The notes beneath the pieces were generated by a model. It did no database searches and was not told where the DNA came from. It saw nothing but the letters and a program-made list of their open reading frames with translations. Below, in pieces: positions 1 through 9,767 of a stretch of DNA of 64,000 bases (positions are counted from its first letter, which is position 1; each line of letters starts with the position of its first letter). The position numbers were made by a program, and so were the translations under genes. Source of the DNA: Planctomycetota bacterium (GTDB lineage: Bacteria > Planctomycetota > UBA11346); assembly GCA_044338255.1 (NCBI GenBank), contig JBIILZ010000002.1:23043-87042 (forward strand). The letters run 5' to 3'.

Positions 1-456
1 GCGGAGGCGGAAGATCGCCGCCGTGATAGTGGGGATCTTGGCGATCAGATCCATGCAGTCGGCGCGGTAGTCGCCCTTGTTGGTCGAATACATGCCGAGC
101 ACGTTGATCGCATGGATGAACCACTTCATCGGATGGCCATGGCGCGGCAGGGTCTTGAGCGATTCAAAAACCCCCGGCACGACCACCGCGCGCGACATCA
201 GCTCACGGCGGAAGCCCGACAGCTGCTCAGCCGTGGGCCAGACCTTGTAGAGCAGGAGGTAGATGACTTCTTCGGGATCGCGGTGACCGATGGCCTCGAC
301 GGCATTGCCGACGTAGAACAAACCGGTGTCGGCTTCGACGGCGCTGGTGGTGCAATAGCCCACCGGGACGCCGCGCAGACCGGACTCGAGATGATCGAGG
401 GTCATCTGCAAAAGGATTTCGGGAGCAGCGGTGGAGGGTTTGGTTGCATCAGCCAT
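1..456 (-). CDS. citrate synthase, N-terminal part (gene continues beyond window start)
   Basis: Absent from the ORF track because it runs off the edge. My reverse-strand reading from ATG (456..454) stays open to position 1: MADATKPSTAAPEILLQMTLDHLESGLRGVPVGYCTTSAVEADTGLFYVGNAVEAIGHRDPEEVIYLLLYKVWPTAEQL...LPRHGHPMKWFIHAINVLGMYS...DLIAKIPTITAAIFRLR. This matches the citrate synthase N-terminal pattern (GLxGV..S.vd..GxLxYxG, HPM, IAKxPTIxA). Confidence 0.75.
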   Translation of the reverse strand, partial: MADATKPSTAAPEILLQMTLDHLESGLRGVPVGYCTTSAVEADTGLFYVGNAVEAIGHRDPEEVIYLLLYKVWPTAEQLSGFRRELMSRAVVVPGVFESLKTLPRHGHPMKWFIHAINVLGMYSTNKGDYRADCMDLIAKIPTITAAIFRLR

Positions 457-623
457 GGCTGTATTCCCGGGGACGAGTGAACTGCCTTGAACCGTGCCAC
501 GTGACCAGCGACCCCGCAAGAGGTGGTGCTGTAGCAGTCGATCCATGCAAGAATGGTACCCTGGAAGCGCATCCGGCGCATGGATGTTGCCGGACTGCCG
601 CCGGACGGTGTGCTGTGCACCGC

Positions 624-1604
624 ATGCATGCGACGGTTTATCACGATCTGGGTATTGCCGCCTGGGACTGCCGGATAGCCGGCCTCAGCGCCGCCCAGGC
701 TTGGCAGGCACTGCAAGCCGGTCGGCGCCTCCTACCACCCTCGCAGCCAACCTCCGTCATCGCACTGCAACCCTTGCTGCTGGAAGCCGCCGCGGCTCCC
801 TGGCGCGCGATCCACGACCAGCCCGGGTTGGTCGCCTGCGGTTTGGCCACCAGCAAAGGTGATCCGTGGGCGTTTACTCCGCTCCACGCCGCCACCGCCG
901 GCCCCGGCCATGTCGGCGCCGCCGTCGCTCGCCAACTGCAGCTCGGCGTGCACGTGCCCTGCGCGGTGGCGGCAGCGTGTTCGACCGGACTCTACTCCCT
1001 GCTCGCCGGAGCCGACTGGATCGCCAACGGCAGCTGTTCGCGGGCCCTCGTCGGGGCCGTCGATGGCTCTCTCCCGGATTGGCTGCAGGCCGGTTTTGCG
1101 CGCATGGGCGTGCTATGTACCGATGGCGATCCCCGCGCCGGCGAAGGCGGCTCCAGCGGCTTCGTGACCGCCGCCGGGGCCGGCGTGATCGCCCTGGTGC
1201 GCGGGGCCGCTGCGTGGCGCCTCGTTGCGGGCGTACGCCTCGGCGATGCCGGCCACGAGACCCACTTCGTCCATCCGCAAACGCTGACCACCGCCCTGAC
1301 CGCCTTGTGGGAGGTGCAACCCGAGCCCGACCTCATCGTCACCCACCTCACCGGCACCGCCCTCGGCGATGCCTATGAGCTGGCCGGCCTCGACGCCGGA
1401 CCCTGGCGCCACGTCCCGCGTCTGGTCCTCAAACCGCTCATCGGCCACACCCTGGGCGCCAGCGGCGCCGTCGAGCTGGCCCTCGCCCTGCACTCGCCGG
1501 CCCGCCGGATGTGGAAATTGAGCCTCGGCTTCGGAGGACATCTGGCGGCGGTGGCGGTGGCGCGATCACGCGCCGATCAGGTCACAACCCCAGTACGCGC
1601 TTGA
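624..1604 (+). CDS. short beta-ketoacyl-ACP synthase (KAS I/II)-like protein
   Basis: The 444..1604 ORF is trimmed to the internal ATG at 624 (MHATVYHDLG...), because upstream residues overlap the citrate synthase start region. KAS signatures are present: AACSTGLYS (active-site Cys), THLTGTALGD (His of the HGTGT motif), KPLIGHTLGASGAVE and SLGFGGHLAAV. At about 326 aa it is shorter than canonical FabF/FabB. Confidence 0.6.
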   Translation: MHATVYHDLGIAAWDCRIAGLSAAQAWQALQAGRRLLPPSQPTSVIALQPLLLEAAAAPWRAIHDQPGLVACGLATSKGDPWAFTPLHAATAGPGHVGAAVARQLQLGVHVPCAVAAACSTGLYSLLAGADWIANGSCSRALVGAVDGSLPDWLQAGFARMGVLCTDGDPRAGEGGSSGFVTAAGAGVIALVRGAAAWRLVAGVRLGDAGHETHFVHPQTLTTALTALWEVQPEPDLIVTHLTGTALGDAYELAGLDAGPWRHVPRLVLKPLIGHTLGASGAVELALALHSPARRMWKLSLGFGGHLAAVAVARSRADQVTTPVRA

Positions 1605-1920
1605 TGGCGTTGTCGACCATGAACATCGTTGCATCGTCCAATTGGCCGACGTGTTCTTCGATGGTCGACTTGTTGATCGAGCGCATCTGCGTGGTGTTGA
1701 CGATGGAATCTTTCCCCAATCCCGTTTCGTGGGCTTTGAGCCAGACGCATCCCGGTAAGGTGCGGAGTTCCATATTCGAGGTTATCGACAAGACGATGAC
1801 CGTGGCGATGCGACTGGCATTGAACTCGTCATCCTGGATGACCAGGACGGGACGTCGGAAACCCGGCTCCGATCCGAGCGGATCCCCGAGATCGACCCAG
1901 CACACATCGCCACGTCGCAT
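1582..1920 (-). CDS. mazF: type II toxin, MazF/PemK-family endoribonuclease
   Basis: MRRGDVCWVDLGDPLGSEPGFRRPVLVIQDDEFN...TSNMELRTLPGCVWL is the classic PemK/MazF N-terminal pattern. The ATG at 1920 overlaps the antitoxin TAA (TAATG). The locus is visibly lower in GC than its flanks. Confidence 0.85.
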   Translation of the reverse strand: MRRGDVCWVDLGDPLGSEPGFRRPVLVIQDDEFNASRIATVIVLSITSNMELRTLPGCVWLKAHETGLGKDSIVNTTQMRSINKSTIEEHVGQLDDATMFMVDNAIKRVLGL

Positions 1921-2156
1921 TACCACTCCACCTTACGCATGTCGCGGATTCCACCGTTGAGGAACACGTCATCAACAGGCTGGCCATGCTCGTCGATGAA
2001 GTCATTAACGCGCTTGGTGATATCGGTTTCTTGATTTTCTTTGATGAATTTCGCCAAAGCCATCACATACAGTTCGCTGCGGCTGACCTTGAACTTCGCC
2101 GCCAGAATATCGGCCGCTTCAAAGATCGGATCCGGAAGTGAAATGGCGGTTTTCAT
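1920..2156 (-). CDS. antitoxin (RHH/MazE-like) partner of MazF-family toxin
   Basis: Small acidic protein MKTAISLPDPIFEAADILAAKFKVSRSELYVMALAKFIKENQ... (ribbon-helix-helix-like) lying immediately upstream of, and overlapping, the toxin. Start chosen at the internal ATG 2156 of the 1920..2222 ORF. Confidence 0.7.
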   Translation of the reverse strand: MKTAISLPDPIFEAADILAAKFKVSRSELYVMALAKFIKENQETDITKRVNDFIDEHGQPVDDVFLNGGIRDMRKVEW

Positions 2157-2330
2157 GGGTTCAGTATAACCGAGTTTTACCGCTTTCAAGAATCCGAACG
2201 CGGCAAAGGGCAACCGTTCCATGCGGCAGCTCTGCCGCTAAATTACGGCAAGACTGCCGTTCAGGCGCCTTGGAACACAAGTAATGATGCGCTTATTCGC
2301 CATATTAATGAATTAGGACTTCTTGCATGC

Positions 2331-2342
2331 CCGAAATTTCGG
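2331..2342. promoter_or_regulatory. perfect 12-bp palindrome CCGAAATTTCGG upstream of the NrpR-like gene (candidate operator)
   Basis: Read directly from the sequence, about 70 nt upstream of the ATG at 2412 in an AT-richer stretch (tattaatgaattagg nearby). The function is a guess. Confidence 0.2.
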
Positions 2343-2411
2343 CCATGGTGCGTTGGTCACAACGGCAACCATTGCCGCAAGGGCCGCAAGGGCCGCAAAG
2401 GCCGAAAGCCC

Positions 2412-3587
2412 ATGCCTCCAATCAACGACAGCCAAGCCGCCCACGAGCGCCTCGACGAGCCTGATGAGCTCTTCGCGGGTGACGTTGCCGTGCCGCTGTC
2501 GAGTGAGCCGGTGTCGAGTGAACAACTGCATGAACTGCTGGCCCAGCATGGCGAACGCTATCAGCCGATTCTCGCGGCCTTGCGCGACCAGCCCTGGAAG
2601 GAGCTGGTGACCTCGCGCGAACTGCTCGAAATCCTCAGCTCGCAGGGCCTGGAATGGTCGGAGCGGACTTTGCGCCTGTACCTCGCGGAGATGGCCGAGG
2701 TCGGCCTGATCGAACGCCATGGTCGGCGCGGATACCGTCTGGCTCCGGCCGGCGCCGAGGTCGCACGTGAGCTGACGGTATCAAAACGCCTCGGCTCGAT
2801 CCTCTATCACATGGAAGAAACCGTTTGCCGGGTCGGCGGCGATGGCAGTTTCGACCTCGGACGCGGCGTCGGCCTGGTGTCGATCAACGCCTATGTCATT
2901 CCGCTGAGCGTCATCGCGCCGCTGATCGATGACCTTGAAGCAGTCTTCGCCGCCGGGCTGGCGGTGGGCTCGCGGGTGCTCTTCAGCGCCCCTGGCGATG
3001 ACATCCTCGGCCGTGAAGTCCCCGCCGGTCATGTCGGCCTGGGCACCATGTGCTCGCTGACCCTCGCCGGCATGCTCCTGCGCCGCGGCGTGCCGACGCA
3101 TCCGATCTTCGGTGGGCTGTTACAGATGCAGGGCGGACAGCCTGCCCACTTCCTGGAGATGATCCGCTATGATGCGACCTCGCTGTCGCCCAATGAGGTC
3201 TTCATCCGCGCCAACTTCACCTCGGTGTCGCGCGCCGCACGCAGCGGCGAGGGCGCGATCACGGCCTCCTTCCGGGAAGTGCCGATGGGCGTGCTCGGCC
3301 ATCTCACCGCCGTCCGCGATGAATGCCAACGCGCCGGCTTCCAGGGCTTCCTGCACGTTGGCCGCCCCGGCCAACCGGTGCTCAACATCCCCGTGCATGA
3401 GGGCCGCGTCGGCCTCATCCTCGCCACCGGGCTCAACCCCCTGGCGAGCCTCTGGGAACGCGATCACCGCGTGCTGCATCTCGAAGGCTCGCGGCCGATG
3501 GTCGGCCCGGCCCCCTATGAACAGCTGATCACAGTCGGCGAATTCCGCACCCGCATCGCCGCCCTGACGCGCGAAACCGCTGCGTAA
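2412..3587 (+). CDS. NrpR-like regulator (winged HTH + one DUF128/NrpR domain)
   Basis: N-terminal wHTH-like segment (TSRELLEILSSQGLEWSERTLRLYLAEMAEVGLIERHGRRGYRL) followed by DUF128-type blocks: GLVSINAYVI, GLGTMCSLTLAGMLLRRGVPTHPIFGGLL, PAHFLEMIRYDATSLSPNEVF, ASFREVP, GRPGQPVLNIPVHEGRVGLILATGLNPLA. These match my recollection of archaeal NrpR. Confidence 0.55.
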   Translation: MPPINDSQAAHERLDEPDELFAGDVAVPLSSEPVSSEQLHELLAQHGERYQPILAALRDQPWKELVTSRELLEILSSQGLEWSERTLRLYLAEMAEVGLIERHGRRGYRLAPAGAEVARELTVSKRLGSILYHMEETVCRVGGDGSFDLGRGVGLVSINAYVIPLSVIAPLIDDLEAVFAAGLAVGSRVLFSAPGDDILGREVPAGHVGLGTMCSLTLAGMLLRRGVPTHPIFGGLLQMQGGQPAHFLEMIRYDATSLSPNEVFIRANFTSVSRAARSGEGAITASFREVPMGVLGHLTAVRDECQRAGFQGFLHVGRPGQPVLNIPVHEGRVGLILATGLNPLASLWERDHRVLHLEGSRPMVGPAPYEQLITVGEFRTRIAALTRETAA

Positions 3588-3618
3588 AAATCTTCATCAA
3601 CTCGTAACGCGAAACTTT

Positions 3619-6600
3619 ATGACCATGAACATGCCCACGACGAACCACGGCCTCCCACCCGCACAGGGGATGTACGATCCCGCCAACGAACACGACGCCT
3701 GCGGCGTCGGCTTCCTGGCCAACATCTCGGGCATCAAGTCGCACGGCATTATCAAGCGCGGCATCAGCGTGCTGTGCAACCTCCATCACCGCGGCGCTGT
3801 GGGTGCCGATCCGCTCGATGGCGACGGCGCCGGGATCATGATCCAGATCCCCGACGGGCTGTACCGGGCGGTGGCCCCGTTCTCCTTGCCGGCCACCGGC
3901 GAGTACGGCACCGGCCTGGTGTTCCTCTCCAAGGGCAGCGATAAGGAATCCTCGTCGTGCATCGCCGAGGTCGAAAAAGCTATCGTCCATCACGGCCTGA
4001 AGCTGATCGGCTGGCGCGATGTGCCAACCGACAACCGCACTCTCGGCCGCGTCGCCAAGGGCAGCGAGCCCTTGGTCAAGCAGGTCTTCGTCGGTCGCGG
4101 CGCAGTCAGCCTAGCACAGTTCGAACTGAAGCTGCTGCTGGCGCGCAAGCGCGCCGAGAACGCCATCCGTGCCGGCAAGCTCAACGGCGGGGCGCTGTTC
4201 TACATCAACTCGCTGTCGGCCAGCACCATCATCTACAAGGGCATGTTCCTCGCCCACACCCTCAACGAGTACTTCCTCGATCTCAATGATCCGCGCGCGG
4301 AATCGGCGATCGCCCTGGTGCATCAACGCTACAGCACCAACACCTTCCCGACCTGGGACCTCGCGCATCCGTTCCGCTTCGTCGCCCACAACGGCGAGAT
4401 CAATACCCTGCGCGGCAACGTCAACCGCATGAAGGCCCGCGAGGCGCTGTTCGCGCACAAGGACATCGGCGAGGCCATCAGCGATCTCAAGCCGGTGATC
4501 CTCGAGGGTGGCTCGGACACCGCTTGCTTCGACAACGCCCTCGAGTTCCTGGTGCGCACCGGTCGCAGCCTGCCGCATGCATTGTCGATGATGATGCCCG
4601 CGGCGTGGTCGACCAAGGCCAGCCTGTCGCGGCCGTTGAAGGGCTTCTTCGAATACCACGCGACGATGATGGAACCCTGGGACGGCCCGGCGAACATGGT
4701 CGCCTGCGACGGCACGCAGATCGTTGCCGCGCTCGACCGCAACGGCCTGCGCCCGGCCCGCTACCAGATCACCACCGACAACGAGATCCTCTACGCCTCG
4801 GAGATGGGCACCCTCGAATTCCCGCAGGAAAAAGTGGTGCGCAAGGGCCGCTTGGCGCCCGGCAAGATGATCCTCATCGACACCGCCCGCGGCGTATTCC
4901 TCGAAGACGACGGCATCAAGGGCGAGCTCGCCAAGCAGCACGACTACGCGGGCTGGATCGAGCAGTTCAAAATCACCCTCGATCAGCTGCCGATCCCCGC
5001 CCAGCCGGCGATGCCGCGCCATGAGAAGCTGCGTCAGCAGCAACAGGCCTTCGGCTACACCATGGAAGACCTCAAGGTGGTCATCGCGCCGATGGCCCTC
5101 GATGGTCAGGAGCCGGTCGGCTCGATGGGCGACGACACGCCAGTGTCGATCCTCTCCAACGTTCCGCAGCCGTTCTACAACTACTTCAAGCAGCTCTTCG
5201 CCCAGGTCACCAACCCGCCCGTGGATCCGATCCGCGAAGAAGTGGTGATGTCCCTGACGCAATACGTCGGCCAGGCGCGCAACATCCTCGAGCCGAGCAG
5301 CGAACACTGCCGGATGCTCGAGATCGATCAGCCGATCCTCCGCCGTCAGGAACTCGAAGCCCTGCGCCAAGCCGACATCCCGGGCTTCCGCGGCACTACC
5401 CTCTCGACCCTGTTCAGCGTCAAAGGCGGGCCGGAAGAGCTCGAGAAACGCCTCGAACAGCTCTTCGCCGAGGCTGAGAAGGCCGTCGACAACGGCTATA
5501 CCGTGCTGGTCCTCAGCGACCGCGGCGTCGATGAGGAACGGGCCCCGATCCCAGCTCTGCTGGCGGTCGCCGCCGTCCACCACTTCCTCATCCGTGCCGG
5601 CAAGCGCAGCCAATGCAGCCTGATCGTCGAATCCGGCGAGCCGCGCGAGACGCATCACTTCGCGCTGCTGGTCGGCTATGGCGCGACGGCGATCAATCCC
5701 TACCTGGTGGTGGATTCGATCCACGACCTCATCGATGCCGGCATCCTCCCCAAGCTCGATGGCAACAAGGCCGTCGATGACGAGCACGACGCCGCGTATT
5801 ATTATCACAAGAACTACATCAAGGCGGTCGGCAAAGGTCTGCTCAAGGTCTTCTCGAAGATGGGCATCAGCACCCTGCAGAGCTACTGCAGCGCGCAGAT
5901 CTTCGAGGCCGTGGGCTTGAACTCGGCGTTCATCGCCAAGTACTTCACCGGCACCTCGACGCGCATCGAAGGCGCCGGGGCGGTGGAGATCGCCATCGAA
6001 TCGCTGAAGCGCCACCGCGTGGCCTTCGCGCCGCTGATCGACAAGAACCGCGATCTTGAACGCGGCGGCTATTACCACTGGCGCCGCGACGGCGAGTTCC
6101 ACCTCATGAATCCGGAAGTCATCGCCCTGCTGCAGCACAGCGTGCGGGCTGGCGATCGGGCGACCTTCCGCCGCTATACCAAGCAGGTCGACGACCAGTC
6201 GAAGAATCTCTGCACCCTGCGCGGCCTGTTCAATCTCAAGCTCGCCCCGACGGCGATCCCGCTCGATCAGGTCGAGTCGGTCGAGTCGCTGGTGTCGCGC
6301 TTCTGCACCGGCGCCATGTCGCTGGGCTCGATCGCCACCGAGGCCCACGAGACCCTCGCGATCGCCATGAACCGCATCGGCGGGCGCTCGAACACCGGTG
6401 AAGGTGGCGAGGACCCGCGGCGCTTCCTGCCCGATGCCAACGGCGACCTGCGCCGTTCGAAGATCAAGCAGATCGCTTCCGGGCGCTTCGGCGTCACGCC
6501 GCATTACCTCGTCAACGCCGATGAACTGCAGATCAAGATGGCCCAGGGCGCCAAGCCCGGTGAAGGCGGCCAGCTCCCCGGGCACAAGGTCACCGACTAC

Positions 6601-8208
6601 ATCGGCGCCCTGCGCTATAGCGTGCCCGGGGTGACCCTGGTCAGTCCGCCACCGCACCACGACATCTATTCGATCGAAGATCTCGCGCAGCTGATCTTCG
6701 ACCTCAAGAACTGTAATCCGTCGGCCAACATCAGCGTCAAGCTGGTGAGCGAAGTCGGCGTCGGCACGGTTGCCGCCGGCGTCGCCAAGGCCCACGCCGA
6801 CATCGTCACCATCTCCGGCTGCGAAGGCGGCACCGGCGCCTCGCCGATCAGCTCGATCAAGCACGCTGGCGTGCCCTGGGAACTGGGCGTCGCCGAGACC
6901 CACCAGACCCTGGTGATGAACGACCTGCGTTCACGCATCAAGGTCCAGACCGACGGACTCCTCCGTACAGGCCGGGATGTGATCATCGCGGCCATGCTCG
7001 GGGCCGAGGAATTCGGCTTCGCCACCGTCGCCCTGGTGACGGTCGGCTGCATCATGATGCGCAAGTGCCACCTCGACACCTGCCCGGTGGGCGTCGCGAC
7101 GCAGAACGAGACCTTGCGCAAGAAGTTCAACGGCAAGCCCGAGCACGTCGTCAACTTCTTCACCTTCCTCGCCGAGGAGGTGCGCGAGCACCTCGCGGCC
7201 CTGGGCGTGAAGTCGATCGACGAGCTGGTGGGCCGCACCGACCTCCTGGAGATGAACCACGCCATCACCCACTGGAAGTCGCAGGGCCTGGATTATTCCA
7301 AGCTTCTTGCCAAGCCCCAGGTGGGTCCGGAAGTCGGCACCCGCTGCCTGATCAAGCAGGACCATGGCGTCGAGCAGGTGCTTGACCGCGAGCTGATCGT
7401 CGCCTGCGCGCCAGCCCTTGAGCGCAAGGAGAAGGTCACCCTCAACCTGCAGCTCAAGAACAGCAACCGTACCGCTTGCACCATGCTTTCGGGCGAGGTC
7501 GCTAAGCGCCACGGCCGTGAGGGCCTGCCTCCGAACACCATCACCCTCAACTTCCGCGGCACCTCCGGCCAGAGCTTCGGCGCCTTCCTCTCTCCAGGCA
7601 TGTCGCTGACCCTCATCGGCGATGGCAACGACTACGTCGGCAAGGGCATGGCTGGCGGGCGCATCGTCATCCGCCCAGCCGAAAACGTCACCTATGTGTG
7701 GAATGAGAACGCCATCGTCGGCAACACCGTGATGTACGGCGCCACCGGCGGCGAGGCCTACTTCGGCGGTACCGCCGGCGAACGCTTCTGCGTGCGCAAC
7801 TCCGGCGCCAACGCGGTCATCGAAGGCGTCGGCGACCACGGCTGCGAATACATGACCGGCGGCCACGCGGTGATCATCGGCCGCACCGGCCGCAACTTCG
7901 CTGCTGGCATGTCGGGCGGCATCGCCTGGGTACTCGATGAAGACCACAACTTCAACAAGCGCTGCAACCACGGCATGGTCGCACTCGAACAGGTCGCCAG
8001 CGACACCGATGGCGTCGAGGTCCTCAAGCAGCTGCTCGAGAACCACGTGCTGTTCACCGGTTCGCCGAAAGCCAAGGCGTTGTTGGCGGATTGGCCCGCC
8101 TGCCTCAAGAAGTTCGTGAAGGTCTTCCCCCACGAATTCCGCCGCGTCCTCACTGAACGGGCCAACAAGCTCGGGCAGTCGGGCGTGCGTGAGGCCGTCA
8201 AGGTCTAA
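3619..8208 (+). CDS. gltB: glutamate synthase large subunit
   Basis: 1529 aa. N-terminal Ntn amidotransferase start (EHDACGVGFLANISG), FMN/Fe-S central domain and C-terminal GXGXG beta-helix region (GDHGCEYMTGG). Confidence 0.97.
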   Translation: MTMNMPTTNHGLPPAQGMYDPANEHDACGVGFLANISGIKSHGIIKRGISVLCNLHHRGAVGADPLDGDGAGIMIQIPDGLYRAVAPFSLPATGEYGTGLVFLSKGSDKESSSCIAEVEKAIVHHGLKLIGWRDVPTDNRTLGRVAKGSEPLVKQVFVGRGAVSLAQFELKLLLARKRAENAIRAGKLNGGALFYINSLSASTIIYKGMFLAHTLNEYFLDLNDPRAESAIALVHQRYSTNTFPTWDLAHPFRFVAHNGEINTLRGNVNRMKAREALFAHKDIGEAISDLKPVILEGGSDTACFDNALEFLVRTGRSLPHALSMMMPAAWSTKASLSRPLKGFFEYHATMMEPWDGPANMVACDGTQIVAALDRNGLRPARYQITTDNEILYASEMGTLEFPQEKVVRKGRLAPGKMILIDTARGVFLEDDGIKGELAKQHDYAGWIEQFKITLDQLPIPAQPAMPRHEKLRQQQQAFGYTMEDLKVVIAPMALDGQEPVGSMGDDTPVSILSNVPQPFYNYFKQLFAQVTNPPVDPIREEVVMSLTQYVGQARNILEPSSEHCRMLEIDQPILRRQELEALRQADIPGFRGTTLSTLFSVKGGPEELEKRLEQLFAEAEKAVDNGYTVLVLSDRGVDEERAPIPALLAVAAVHHFLIRAGKRSQCSLIVESGEPRETHHFALLVGYGATAINPYLVVDSIHDLIDAGILPKLDGNKAVDDEHDAAYYYHKNYIKAVGKGLLKVFSKMGISTLQSYCSAQIFEAVGLNSAFIAKYFTGTSTRIEGAGAVEIAIESLKRHRVAFAPLIDKNRDLERGGYYHWRRDGEFHLMNPEVIALLQHSVRAGDRATFRRYTKQVDDQSKNLCTLRGLFNLKLAPTAIPLDQVESVESLVSRFCTGAMSLGSIATEAHETLAIAMNRIGGRSNTGEGGEDPRRFLPDANGDLRRSKIKQIASGRFGVTPHYLVNADELQIKMAQGAKPGEGGQLPGHKVTDYIGALRYSVPGVTLVSPPPHHDIYSIEDLAQLIFDLKNCNPSANISVKLVSEVGVGTVAAGVAKAHADIVTISGCEGGTGASPISSIKHAGVPWELGVAETHQTLVMNDLRSRIKVQTDGLLRTGRDVIIAAMLGAEEFGFATVALVTVGCIMMRKCHLDTCPVGVATQNETLRKKFNGKPEHVVNFFTFLAEEVREHLAALGVKSIDELVGRTDLLEMNHAITHWKSQGLDYSKLLAKPQVGPEVGTRCLIKQDHGVEQVLDRELIVACAPALERKEKVTLNLQLKNSNRTACTMLSGEVAKRHGREGLPPNTITLNFRGTSGQSFGAFLSPGMSLTLIGDGNDYVGKGMAGGRIVIRPAENVTYVWNENAIVGNTVMYGATGGEAYFGGTAGERFCVRNSGANAVIEGVGDHGCEYMTGGHAVIIGRTGRNFAAGMSGGIAWVLDEDHNFNKRCNHGMVALEQVASDTDGVEVLKQLLENHVLFTGSPKAKALLADWPACLKKFVKVFPHEFRRVLTERANKLGQSGVREAVKV

Positions 8209-8250
8209 GCCACATACAATTACCCTGAATTAACCGTAAAAGAGCATACC

Positions 8251-9732
<1,482 letters not shown>

Positions 9733-9767
9733 GCCGAGGTCCGCGACCTCCTTCTGAACTGATCCCC

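Noticed and set aside
4111-6903. Very long antisense ORFs. These include a 930-aa ORF opposite gltB and similar ones at 8230..9357, 11466..12479, 15513..16640, 20349..21329, 23284..24420, 29007..30248, 45347..46729 and 58278..59417.
   Set aside because: The opposite strand encodes proteins with unmistakable family motifs in each case. The antisense translations are Arg/Gly/Asp/His-rich low-complexity strings, as expected from stop-poor GC-rich DNA.
9733-9767. Hairpin gaggtc-cgc-gacctc after gltD as a terminator.
   Set aside because: The stem is short with no following T-run, and the next gene starts within about 35 nt. It is more likely readthrough.
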